Shown: positions 1 through 13,562 of the stretch, in pieces
Numbering within the stretch: the stretch's first letter is position 1
Layout: each line of letters starts with the position of its first letter
Origin: Eledone cirrhosa
Lineage: Eukaryota
Length of the DNA stretch: 64,000 bases
NCBI GenBank assembly: GCA_964016885.1
Contig: OZ024757.1
Location: 35,960,001-36,024,000 of the forward strand
Direction of reading: 5' to 3'
Notes under the pieces: generated by a model
The model's database searches: none
The model's input: the letters and a program-made list of their open reading frames with translations, nothing else
What the model was told of the DNA's origin: nothing
Translations under genes and position numbers: made by a program

Positions 1-489
1 AAAGAATTCCACCAAGGTAGACTCTACCTTTCATTCTTTCTGGAGTTGATAAAGTACACAGCTTTGTGAGTTTGGTATTGATGTATAGCTGGAACATATT
101 GATGTATAGCTGGAACATATTGACAACTGTGTGTGTGTGTGTGTGTGTCAGTAGGTGTCAATGTGTGCATGTATGGCTGTTTCAGTGTGTGTAGTATGTT
201 TGTGTAGTGTGTACATCTGTGTGTATGTGTGTGTGTTTGTGTGTGATGTATGACAGGAGGGTAGGGTGTATAGCTACAACCTATATATGACCTTATCCCC
301 TCCCCCAGTAATATGACATCTGATGACTATTATAGTACAAATGTGGTCCACATAGATATATTTTTTGTGTCACCTCTCAATATCTTCACAGTAATATGGT
401 CCACATAGATATATTTTTTGTGTCACCTCTCAATATCTTCACAGTAATATGGTCCACATAGATATATATTTTGTGTCACCTCTCAATAT

Positions 490-840
490 CTTCACACTCA
501 ACATCCTCAAATAATTTAGCAGAAAAATATCTAAAAGCAGATTTGTTAATTCAAATGTTTATAGCATCTTTAGTGGACAGATTATCATAATCATCATCGT
601 CAGGTCATTATGAAAATTTACAGTATAAAATAAAGACCTTAATTCTTAATGTTATGTAGTCATTTTTTTCTCCTAAATGTTGTATGTGCAATATTGTTAA
701 CTCTGAACATCCTTTAATGATTTAGCAGCAATTATCTAAAAACGAGTTTGTTAATTCAAATGTTTATAGTATCTTTATTAGTGGACAGATTTTTGTGAAT
801 ATTTGCAGTATTAAAAGTAAATACTTCAATTTTTATTATT
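490..840. repeat. Diverged about 210-bp tandem dimer; related inverted copy at about 44670-44940
   Basis: ttgttaattcaaatgtttatag(c/t)atcttta..gtggacagat occurs twice here and as reverse complement near 44.8 kb. Confidence 0.6.
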
Positions 841-966
841 ATTCAGTCACAGTTATGTTTTGTACTTTACAAGAATGCTTTGTTAATGTGGTTTCATGTG
901 GAACAGGATGTTAAGAGTAAATAATTATCAAAATGTTAATTGTATGTATTTATTTCCATCTTTCAG

Positions 967-1035
967 CATTTTAGTAAACCTCTCCGAACTGTCTTACAAC
1001 CACAAGACCGAGAAATCATATTCAAGCACATAGAA
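967..1035 (+). CDS. vav: Vav exon, DH domain ([23 protein letters not shown])
   Basis: tttcag acceptor, GAA|gtatgt donor, phase 0-0, DH IIF motif. Confidence 0.9.
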
Positions 1036-1809
1036 GTATGTATCATCTTTATAATTTCTCTGTCCCAATCAAGTTTAAATTATGATATATATAAAATAGT
1101 AATAATAAATACTAAGATCCAAAACTAAATCCGACTCAATAAGGAATATATAAAAGTATATAGAAACCTGTAAATATATATTATTAACACAGACCTCAAT
1201 TAACAAAAAATACACCAACCTACTGAAAGAAACTTACACCAACTCAACAGCATATATCAAAACAGACTTGGGAACTACACACTGTATAGACATCTTGAAG
1301 GGAGTTAAACAGGGAGTTGTACTATCGACACTTCTTTTCTGTATAGTTATAGCTGCACTTATCTACCAAATTGAAGAGGAATGCACCTCTAGCTATCAAA
1401 TAGGAGGTAAAATCCTATCAAATCTTAGCTATGCAGACGGTCTAGCTATCATGAGTTACTCTAGAACTGATATCATCATCACTTTACGTCCACTTTTCCC
1501 TGCTTGCAAGGGTGGGACGGGAACTGATTCTGGCTTGATTTCAACAGCTGGATGCCCTTCCTAACACCAACCTCATTTACAGTGAGTGCTGGGTGCTTTT
1601 TTTCCGTGGCACCTCCACGACCACTTTGCAGTGGAATGATAGGGACTGGGACCTCAGTCCCTATCATCTCATTTCTACAGCTGAGTAAACTGGAGCAATG
1701 TGAAATAAAGTGTCTTGCTCAAGGAAACAACACATCACCCGGTCTGAAAATTGAACTCACAACCTTTCGATTGCAAGGCCAATGCTCTAACCACTAACCA
1801 TGAGCCTCC

Positions 1810-1840
<31 letters not shown>

Positions 1841-4118
1841 TATATCTATGTATAATCATGTTATTGTTTTTCTCTCCTTCTCTCATTGTCTAGCCTCTCT
1901 TGGAAGTTCATCAAGCCTTTCACAGTGAACTATTGAAAGCCTGTTCGAAAGGTGTCCCTAAAATTAGTGAGGTATTCATCAAACATAAACCTAAATTTCT
2001 CGTATATGGGGACTTTTGTTCCAACTTGCCCCAGGCACAAGACCTCATTGATGAAGTATGCAAGCGTAGTGAATTAGTGAGAAATTCCATTGAAGTGAGT
2101 CCTACATTCTTCTTTCTTTTTTATGGTTTTGATTGATTTGTTATTTTTTTGTTTTTAATATATAGAATGGTGTTTTCATGCACGGAGGGTGAAGACCTTT
2201 AACCCTTTAGCATTGAAACCGGCCGTATCCGGCCAGAAATGTCTCACCTTTTTCTGTTCAAATCAGCTGTAACTGGCCACTCATACTGATATTAAGGTAT
2301 TGTTCTCAAGATAAATAACATCAAAATCTCATAGATTCGATATTATATGAGATAATTATGTGAGGTAAAGTGTTTACTACCAAAATACAACAGTATATAT
2401 AGAGTAATGTGAATGCTAAAGGGTTAAAGACAGAAAAAAACCGTTGCCATTGGCTGCTATGAAAGCCCATATCTCCCAGCTAGCCCCACATGAGCGCATC
2501 ATTCTTCATAGTTACTTAATCCTCTCACTCCTTCATAAAAGTGCAACAGATCGGCTATGTATATATATATATATATATATACACATACTCATACATACAC
2601 AGATATACATATTCACATACACATACACACACACATACACAGATATACATTCACATACACATACATACACACATTCACATACACATACACAGATATACAT
2701 TCACTTATATACATACACAGATATACACACACACACAGACATATGCACATACACAAATATACATATACACACACACACACATAGACATATGCACATATAC
2801 AAATATACATACACACACACACAGACATATGCACATATACAAATATACAGATATACACACACACATATGCACATACACAAATATACATATATACACACAG
2901 ACATATGTACATACACAAATATACATATACACACAGACATATGCACATACACAAATATACAGATATACACACAGACATATGTACATACACAAATATACAT
3001 ATATACACATGCAGACATATGCACATATACTAATATACACACAGACATATGCACATATACTAATATACACACAGACATATGCACATATACAAATATACAT
3101 ACACAGACATATGCACATACACAAATATACATATATACACACAGACATATACATATATACACACACAGACATATGCACATATACAAATATACATATATAC
3201 ACACACAGACATATGCACATATACGAATATACATATATACACACACACAGACATATGCACATATACTAATATACATATATACACACACAGACATATGCAC
3301 ATACACAAATATACATATATACACACACAGACATATGCACATAGACAAATATACAGATATACACACACAGACATATGCACATATACTAATATACACACAC
3401 AGACATATGCACATATACAAATATACATATATACACACACAGACATATGCACATATACAAATATACATATATACACACACACAGACATATGCACATATAC
3501 AAATATACATATATACACACACACAGACATATGCACATATACAAATATACATATATACACATACAGACATATACATATATACACACACAGACATATGCAC
3601 ATATACAAATATACATATATACACACACAGAGACATATACATATATACACACACAGACATATGCACATATACAAATATACATATATACACACAGACATAT
3701 AAATTCTGTTTTGTTTTTTATGTTTACTAATGTTTTTTTAACTTCTCTTGTTTTCTCTACTCCTTCCCTCCATCTTCCGGCCCTTCAGGAGTGTCAGACA
3801 AGAGCAAATGATGGAAAATTTCGTCTCCGAGACCTTCTCTCTGTGCCGATGCAGCGTGTCCTCAAATATCATCTCTTATTAAAGGTATTGCCACACCTTA
3901 AAATTCCCTGTCTGTATACTGTGTCTGTGTGTATACTGTGTGTGTGTCTTTATACTGAATGTGTGTATGTGTATATATAATTGGATTTATTGATAGCCTT
4001 ACAACATGGACACAATGTTTCAGCAAAGCCTATATTTGCTTGGCTTCATCAGATTGGAATTGTTTCATTTTCTATTAAACCAACCTTCAAACTTGGTTGT
4101 GGCGTTGTTTCTCTGTAT

Positions 4119-4185
<67 letters not shown>

Positions 4186-7100
4186 TCACTCTTTCTCTCT
4201 CACACTCACTCTTTCTCTCACTCACACACACACTCTCTCTCATTCACACACTCTCTCTCACACACACACACACACACACTCTCTCACACACTCTCTCTCT
4301 CTCACACACTCTCTCTCACACACACTCTCTCTCTCACACACACTCTCTCTCACTCACACACTCTCTCTCACTCACACTCTCTCACACACTCTCTCTCACA
4401 CACACACTCACTTTATCTCTCTCACTCACACACACTCTCTCTCTCACTCACACACACTCTCTCTCTCTCACACACACACTCTCTCTTTCTCACTCACAAA
4501 CTCTCTCTCTTTCTCACTCACACAAACTCTCTCTCTCACTCACACACACTCTCTCTCACTCACACACACACACTCTCTCTCTCTCCCTCCCACACACTCT
4601 CTCTCACACACACACTCTCTCTCACACACACACTCTCTCTCTCTCACTCACACTTTCTCTCTCTCTTCAGGAATTAATTAAACAGACAGATAAAACAGAT
4701 GATGATAGGAAGAATCTAGAAATAGCCCTGGAAGCTATGCAGGTCAGTATCTCCCTTTCACACTTCTACATAGTCCTGAGAATGGGCACAGTGCCCAAGC
4801 ACTCCTTCCAGCAGGTCCTGTCAGAAGCCACCATCTCCAATTGATCTAGCTGACCAGCCAAGCTCATGGACGTTATCCAACTATCTTGCTCGGGTTCTAC
4901 CCCAGACCTCCCTCATAATGGTACCACCCAATTCCACACTCATCATCATCATCATCGTCATCATTTTACGTCCAGTTTTCCCTGCTTGCAAGGGTGGGAC
5001 GGGAACTGATTCTGGCTTGATTTCTACAGCTGGATGCCCTTCCTAACACTAACCTCATTTACAGTGAGTGCTGGGTGCTTTTTTGCCGTGGCGCCTACAC
5101 GTCCACTTTACAGTGTGGGCTGGGTGCTTTTTTTGCCGTGGCACTTCCACAACCACTTTGCAGTGGAATGATAGGGACCCCAGTCCCTATCATCTCATTT
5201 CTACAGCTGAGTAAACTGGAGCAATGTGAAATCAAGTGTCTTGCTCAAGGAAACAACACATGACCCGGTCTGAGAATTGAAATCACAACCTTTCGATAGC
5301 AAGCCCAATGCTCTAACGACTAAGCCATGTGCCTCCATGTGCCACTGTAAACGTGATTGGTGTTAGGAAGTGCATCCAGCTGTAAAAATCCCAGCCAAAA
5401 TAGAGTTTTGCTTGAGCAATGTACAGCATGGCCAGCTGGCCAGACTCTTCTCATAACGTGGACGACCTGTCTAACTCATGCTTAACATGAAAGAATAGAC
5501 ATTAAATGGTGATGATATTACATTATTGATTGTATATCTGTCTATATCTCAGGATCTATCATTATATGTCAATATCTGAGTTCAAATCCCGCCGAGGTTA
5601 ACTTTGCCTTTCATCCTTACGGGGTCGATAAAAATAAAGTACCAGTAATACACTGGGTAATTGCTGGCCTTGTGCCAAAAGTAGAAACAATTATATGTCA
5701 ATATTTGTCTATATCTCAGGATCTATCATTATATGTCAATATATATTTGTCTATATCCCAGGATCTATCATTATATGTCAATGAAGTGAAACGTGACAAT
5801 GAAGCTGTTGATTTGATTGAAGAAATACAAAACAGGTAAGACTGGCATTGGTTGTTGTTGTTATTGTTGTCACTGTTGTTGTTCTAGGTGGTGGTAGTCA
5901 TCGTCAGTGTTGGTGTTGTGATGGTGGTGATGTGAGAGTGATGGTGTTGTGATCATGTGATAGTAACGGTGTTGTGATCATGTGATAGTAACGGTATGAT
6001 GGTAGTGATGACTGTGTGACATTTTGAATTAAATATGCTCTATATATAACATTGTTCTATTTTCGTTTTCTTTACAGTATTGTTGATTTACAAATGGTGA
6101 GTAGAACTTATTCTCTGTATTTACCTCAATCATCATATCCTTCTACGCTGCTCTCCTCCGCCTTCTGTTGCATTGACTTTGATTCTTTTTCTTGAACATC
6201 TTTAGTATGGCCAAACATATAGCAACTTCTATAGTACTGTTATCATGATAAAACATACCCAGCCCTCACTCTAAAGTGGTAGTGATGGTATCATGATAAA
6301 ACATACCCAGCCCTCACTCTAAAGTGGTAGTGATGGTATCATGATAAAACATACCCAGCCCTCACTCTAAAGTGGTAGTGATGGTATCATGATAAAACAT
6401 ACCCAGCCCTCACTCTAAAGTGGTAGTGATGGTATCATGATAAAACATACCCAGCCCTCACTCTAAAGTGGTAGTGATGGTATCATGATAAAACATACCC
6501 AGCCCTCACTTTAAAGTGGTAGTGATGGTATCATGATAAAACATACCCAGCCCTCACTTTAAAGTGGTAGTGATGGTATCATGATAAAACACCCAGCCCT
6601 CACTTTAAAGTGGTAGTGATGGTATCATGATAAAACACCCATCCCTCACTTTAAAGTGGTAGTGATGGTATCATGATAAAACACCCAGCCCTCACTTTAA
6701 AGTGGTAGTGATGGTATCATGATAAAACACCCAGCCCTCACTTTAAAGTGGTAGTGATGGTATCATGATAAAACATACTCAGCCCTCACTCTAAAGTGGT
6801 AGTGATGGTATCATGATAAAACATACTCAGCCCTCACTTTAAAGTGGTAGTGATGGTATCATGATAAAACATACCCAGCCCTCACTTTAAAGTGGTAGTG
6901 ATGGTATCATGATAAAACATACCCAGCCCTCACTTTAAAGTGGTAGTGATGGTATCATGATAAAACATACCCAGCCCTCACTTTAAAGTGGTAGTGATGG
7001 TATCATGATAAAACATACCCAGCCCTCACTCTAAAGTGGTAGTGATGGTATCATGATAAAACATACTCAGCCCTCACTCTAAAGTGGTAGTGATGGTATC

Positions 7101-10100
7101 ATGATAAAACATACTCAGCCCTCACTTTAAAGTGGTAGTGATGGTATCATGATAAAACATACCCAGCCCTCACTCTAAAGTGGTAGTGATGGTATCATGA
7201 TAAAACATACTCAGCCCTCACTTTAAAGTGGTAGTGATGGTATCATGATAAAACATACCCAGCCCTCACTCTAAAATGGTAGTGATGGTATCATGATAAA
7301 ACATACCCAGCCCTCACTCTAAAGTGGTAGTAATGGTATCATGATAAAACATACCCAGCCCTCACTTTAAAGTGGTAGTGATGGTATCATGATAAAACAT
7401 ACTCAGCCCTCACTTTAAAATGGTAGTGATGGTATCATGATAAAACACCCAGCCCTCACTTTAAAGTGGTAGTGATGGTATCATGATGAAATACATCCAG
7501 CCCTCACTTTAAAGTGGTAGTGATGGTATCATGATAAAACATACCCAGCCCTCACTCTAAAATGGTAGTGATGGTATCATGATAAAACATACCCAGCCCT
7601 CACTCTAAAGTGGTAGTAATGGTATCATGATAAAACATACCCAGCCCTCACTCTAAAGTGGTAGTGATGGTATCATGATAAAACATACCCAGCCCTCACT
7701 CTAAAGTGGTAGTGATGGTATCATGATAAAACATACCCAGCCCTCACTCTAAAGTGGTAGTGATGGTATCATGATAAAACATACCCAGCCCTCACTTTAA
7801 AATGGTAGTGATGGTATCATGATAAAACATACCCAGCCCTCACTTTAAAATGGTAGTGATGGTATCATGATAAAACATACCCAGCCCTCACTTTAAAATG
7901 GTAGTGATGGTATCATGATAAAACATACCCAGCCCTCACTCTAAAGTGGTAGTAATGGTATCATGATAAAACATACCCAGCCCTCACTCTAAAGTGGTAG
8001 TGATGGTATCATGATAAAACATACCCAGCCCTCACTTTAAAATGGTAGTGATGGTATCATGATAAAACATACCCAGCCCTCACTTTAAAATGGTAGTGAT
8101 GGTATCATGATAAAACATACCCAGCCCTCACTCTAAAGTGGTAGTAATGGTATCATGATAAAACATACCCAGCCCTCACTCTAAAGTGGTAGTGATGGTA
8201 TCATGATAAAACATACCCAGCCCTCACTCTAAAGTGGTAGTGATGGTATCATGATAAAACATACCCAGCCCTCACTCTAAAATGGTAGTGATGGTATCAT
8301 GATAAAACATACCCAGCCCTCACTCTAAAATGGTAGTGATGGTATCATGATAAAACATACCCAGCCCTCACTCTAAAGTGGTAGTGATGGTATCATGATA
8401 AAACATACCCAGCCCTCACTCTAAAGTGGTAGTGATGGTATCATGATAAAAGCACCCGGAACTGTAAAGCAGTTGGCATTAGAATGGATATTCAGCTGTA
8501 GAAACATGTCCAAATTTGGAAGATATGAGTATAATGTGGTTCCCTGGCCAGTTTCGTCTCGGACAGCGACAACTTAGTCAACACATACCATCATGGAAAG
8601 AGCACATAAAATGGTGGTGGTGGTGGTGATAATGAACCACCACTTCATCTCCCACCACTACTACCACTTCATCCTCCAACCCCATGCCCACCAACTCATC
8701 CTTACCACCACCACATCACTCCCATCCCACCCTTACTTCCACCTCATCCCCCACCTACCACTACTACCACACCACCACTACCTCACCACAACCACTTCAT
8801 CCCCCCACTACCCCAACACCACTACCACCCAACAACTACCCCACCACCTCAACCCCACCACCACCACTTCACCCCCACTACCACCCAACCACTACTCCAC
8901 CACCGCCTCATCCCCCCACTACCTCACTACTACCCAACCACCACCTTATCCCCCCCCCCCACTACCTCACTACTACCCAACCACCACCTTACCCCCCCCC
9001 CCACTCAACACCCCCCCCCCTACCTCACCACCACAAGCTACTACTCACTCCATTGTTATTGTTTTGTAGCCCCCCAATATATCTCTGAAGGATTATGGCC
9101 GTTTACAGAAAGATGGAGATTTGAAAGTGAGATGCCATTCTGATAACCGAGCACGACCAAGGTAAGTAACTAAAGTATTCCTTGTTACATTGGTCAAACA
9201 TTGCTACCCCAGTGATGTTGACTCTTGGACAGTAGCGTGTGGAGGACAGAATGTTATCCTGTCCCAAGAGGATGGTGAGGGAGTAACATTGGAACAGCCA
9301 TTCTAACTCATGGGGGGTGCTCTCCTGTGTGTGTGGTCAACTCCACCCTGATAGTGGGCAGGTGATTCTGGAGGGTCGTGGAAGCAGACACATCAACACT
9401 CTCTCCAATGGGTTCTGTCAAACAACTGTCCCCAATTGATCCGACTGGATCCCCAAGCGAGACAAGCCAAGCTCATAGTTGTTAACCAACCTTATTGCTT
9501 GGAGTCTACCCCGTGGGTCTATACATGCCATAGTATAGGAGCTGTGATCTCTCAATTTGGTGAAGTAGCAGCAGCTCTACCTGGAGTAACTTTCTTATCT
9601 CTGAGCTACACGCTCTAATGAGTACCGTTACTCCAAAGACCCTTCGGAGGAACCCCATTTTGGCCGCATGTATTCTCAATCATATTCTTTCAGTCATTAA
9701 CAAGTGGTTGGTGTTAGGGTGTTCAGCTCCATAAACCATGCCAAAATAGAATTCATGAGCAAGAGAGTCATCTGTCGTGCTTCAGAACATGACAACCTAT
9801 CTAACCTATGTGTAGAAAATAGATGTAAAATGATAATGTTGACGGTGAAATTTTAATAAAATGTTTTTTTCCTTCTTCTCATTTCCTTTATAGATATATT
9901 TTTCTGTTTGACAAAGTGATGCTCATGTGTAAATCACGGGTAAGTGAGATAATTTCCTATCTTTGATTCTTTATAACCAAAAATAATAAAGGCCCAAAAA
10001 TACAATGGAAATAAGTTTGGAATATGGCAAGTGAAGTTTGGAATTGAAATAGCTTTGCCAGAGCATTGACTAATATAAGCTAATATTGGGGTGTATAAAC

Positions 10101-12504
10101 CCACTGAATGGAAAAGGATACCCATCTTTTCCTTTTCAGTGGGTTTATATGCCCCATTATTAGACTGTTATTTAGTCAATGTTACAGCGAAGCTTCTATT
10201 TTAATTACAGAAAACAATACTTTACTTTTTAACAAAGGCTACCTCAGCACATTAACTCTGCCATAGTTGAATAAAATTTGTGGTATAACCATATGAGATG
10301 TAAGAAAGTCAATAGAATCACTAGTGGAAATTGACCCACACTACAATTGGGTGCCAGAAGACTGTCTCTCCTTCTCCGACTTCTTCCTGAGAGGGCCATG
10401 AAGACAGAGTCCTCAAACACTCCTTCCAGCAGGTCTTGTCAGAAGCAACTGTTTCCAACTGATCAAGCAAGACCAGCCAAGTTCATAGATAATATCCAAC
10501 CATCTTGCATGCAGTCTATCTATCCCTGGGTCTCCTGCCAGTTGGTTTTGCCTGTAAAATCTGTCCAGCAATCCTTTCCTGAAACATTCTAACCACATGC
10601 CCATAGTATCAGACCTGTGATATCTTAATTCAGAGAAGTTACAGCTCTACCTGGAGTGTAATCTGAACTCCGAGCGATGCACTCTATCAAGTAACATTAC
10701 TCCAAAGACCCCTTGGAAGAACCCCATTTCGGCTTCTTGTATTCACGATCATATCTTTCAGTCATTACCCAAGATTCATGACAATAGGTAAGAGTTGGCA
10801 TGAATACCAAATTGAAGATAGCGAGTTTGGCTTTTACACCTACCTCCTTTTTTCTTAATGCTGAAGCTGGCACATTACTGCACCAGCTCCTGCAATTCTT
10901 ACACATAATTCAACTGCTGCCTTCCATCACTCATGAACACAGCCCTGAGATACTTGAACTTCTCCACTTGCTTCAGTGGGACTCCATCCACATGTAGAGT
11001 GCACTGTGCAAGTCAGACATCACCTTCTGTACCATGTCATCTGCAAATTCCAGCTGACTGATTCTACACATGCCATTGGTGCTACCACTTCCAGCTGCAC
11101 ATGTCAATCCTGTTTATCTTGAGAGGTCATCTCAAGTGGTTATATTCTCCATTTTATTCAACTATATCATGGTTCATGTCACTTATTGTAGCCTTTACAA
11201 AACGTTCTCTTAAATTTCAATCATACATCTTACTACACATTCCTTAAACTTTCCTTTGTTTATATTAAAAAAAGATACTTAATAAAACAAAACAATATTT
11301 TAAATAAATGAGATGCATTTTATAATTATTCCCCAAAACTAATTATCTGTTGCCCTAAATTCTGTGACCATTTCATTAAAGCTGACACTGTAATGTGGTA
11401 GGGCTGATGCCACAATAAAATGTATACAGCCAACACTAATGTGGTAGGGCTGGTGCCACAATAAAATGTATACAGCCGACACTGTAATGTGGTAGGGCTG
11501 GTGCTACAATAAAATGTACACAGCCGACACTGTAATGTGGTAGGGCTGGTGCCACAATAAAATGTACACAGCCGACACTGTAATGTGGTAGGGCTGGTGC
11601 TACAATAAAATGTACACTCCATGAAGTGGCATTGGGAACGCTGTCCAGCCCTATAAACCATACCAAAATGAAACGCCTGAGTATAACAGTTATCTGACTT
11701 GCCTGTCTAACCTCAGAACATGACAACCCATCAAACCCATGCAAGCGTGGAAAACATATTTAAAACATTTATGAAGGTGATGATGATGATAATAAAATTC
11801 TTGTTAATTTGTATAATATTGTTAGCAGAAGATTATATAAGCATCACTTTGAGAGAGTCCTGGTTAGCAACAGATTTGGACTTGAAGTTATACCAGGCAT
11901 GTGACCCTTTTTTCTGTCTCAAACTCTTATCATGCCTGATTATCATTTACATTAAAATCACCATATCTATTCCTATTTGAGGTTATTAAACAATAAGAAA
12001 CTTAGGCAGCGAATTGGCGTTAGAGCGTCTGATAGAATGCTTTGTGGTATTTGTTCCAGCTCTCTTCTCTCTGAGTTCAAATCTCACCAAGGTCAACTTT
12101 GCCTTTCATCCTTTTGAGGTCGATAAAAAAGTTTCTTCCTCTATATCTCTTTCTCATTTACATTCTCTCACTCTCAATCCTTCTCTGGAAGAAATCTGCT
12201 GTGCTCAGACCTTGAGAGGAGATAGGCTTTGCCAGGTTTTGAAATGCCCTAGAAACGCCATATGTCAATGCGACGGCGCCCCTATGCCTCCTTCAGGGGT
12301 TACAGGGCCCTACATACAAACAATATCAGGAAACATTTTAGAAATATAATCAAAGGAGAATGGTCTTCAGGTGGCAGAAATCAGGTTTGGCTTTGAGGAA
12401 TTATTCCAAAATGTCTGTTATTTACTAAAGTATTTTTTTAATATATATGTCATCATCTTTTTCTTTGCCTACTTATTCATAGTGGGTGAAGAAATAGATG
12501 ACAT

Positions 12505-12541
<37 letters not shown>

Positions 12542-13397
12542 CTTTAGCAACTATGAATATGTCATGTTTAATTATATTATATTTTGCTGACTACCAGATC
12601 ATTTGTGTTCATCCATTGCTAGTTTTTAACATGTCTAAATGTTTATTATACTCTGCTACAATTTCTATTGTTTTTTTCAATCCATGTCTCTTAAGATTGA
12701 GATGGATCTATTTCATTATTCCATGTGTCAATTAATTTCAGTTTGATCCAGTTCAGTCCAATAGAGTTTATTTGAACTCAATTCAGTTAAATACAGATCA
12801 TTTGAGATCAATTCAGTCCAATAGAGTTCATTTGAATTAAGTTCAGTACAATACAGTTTATTTGAGCTCAGATTGGTCAAATATTGATCATTTGAGCTCA
12901 GTTCAGTCCAATAGAGTTCATTTGAACTAAGTTTAGTCCAATACAGTTCATTTGAGCTCAGATTAGTCAAATACAGACCATTCGAGCTTAATTCAGTTCA
13001 ATAAAGCTCATTTGAACTAAATTCAGTTCATAAACTAGTTATTGTGATACACTGAAAATGGATAAATAATATTAAAATAAAATTTAAAGCTTTGTTGCTC
13101 TTCTTGAAGGCCGCTTTTGTTTTTGTAGATAGGCTCTGGAGACGGCACGCTAGGTGTGTAGATAGAATGTGGAAACGGCACCCTAGGTGTGTATGGGTAC
13201 TGCAAGTATTCTATCTGGGTCTGCACATTCTTAAATTTCTGGCCTTGTTCTCATTTGTCTAGTTGCATTTAGTAGAAACCTCTTTTCCTGTACACTGTAG
13301 CTAGCAGCAATATGGTGATATGTATAAACTATACACACTTCTACAGTTTAGTGAGCACTCTCAGATTTTTAACTACAAAGTATGCAAAACAATATGC

Positions 13398-13469
<72 letters not shown>

Positions 13470-13531
13470 ATAAATATATATATATATATATATGTATGTG
13501 TGTATATATATATCTATATGTATATATATAT

Positions 13532-13562
<31 letters not shown>

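Noticed and set aside
6241-8450. Regular repeat arrays as CRISPR
   Set aside because: Head-to-tail units without unique spacers, eukaryotic context, no cas genes; the same applies to all other arrays.
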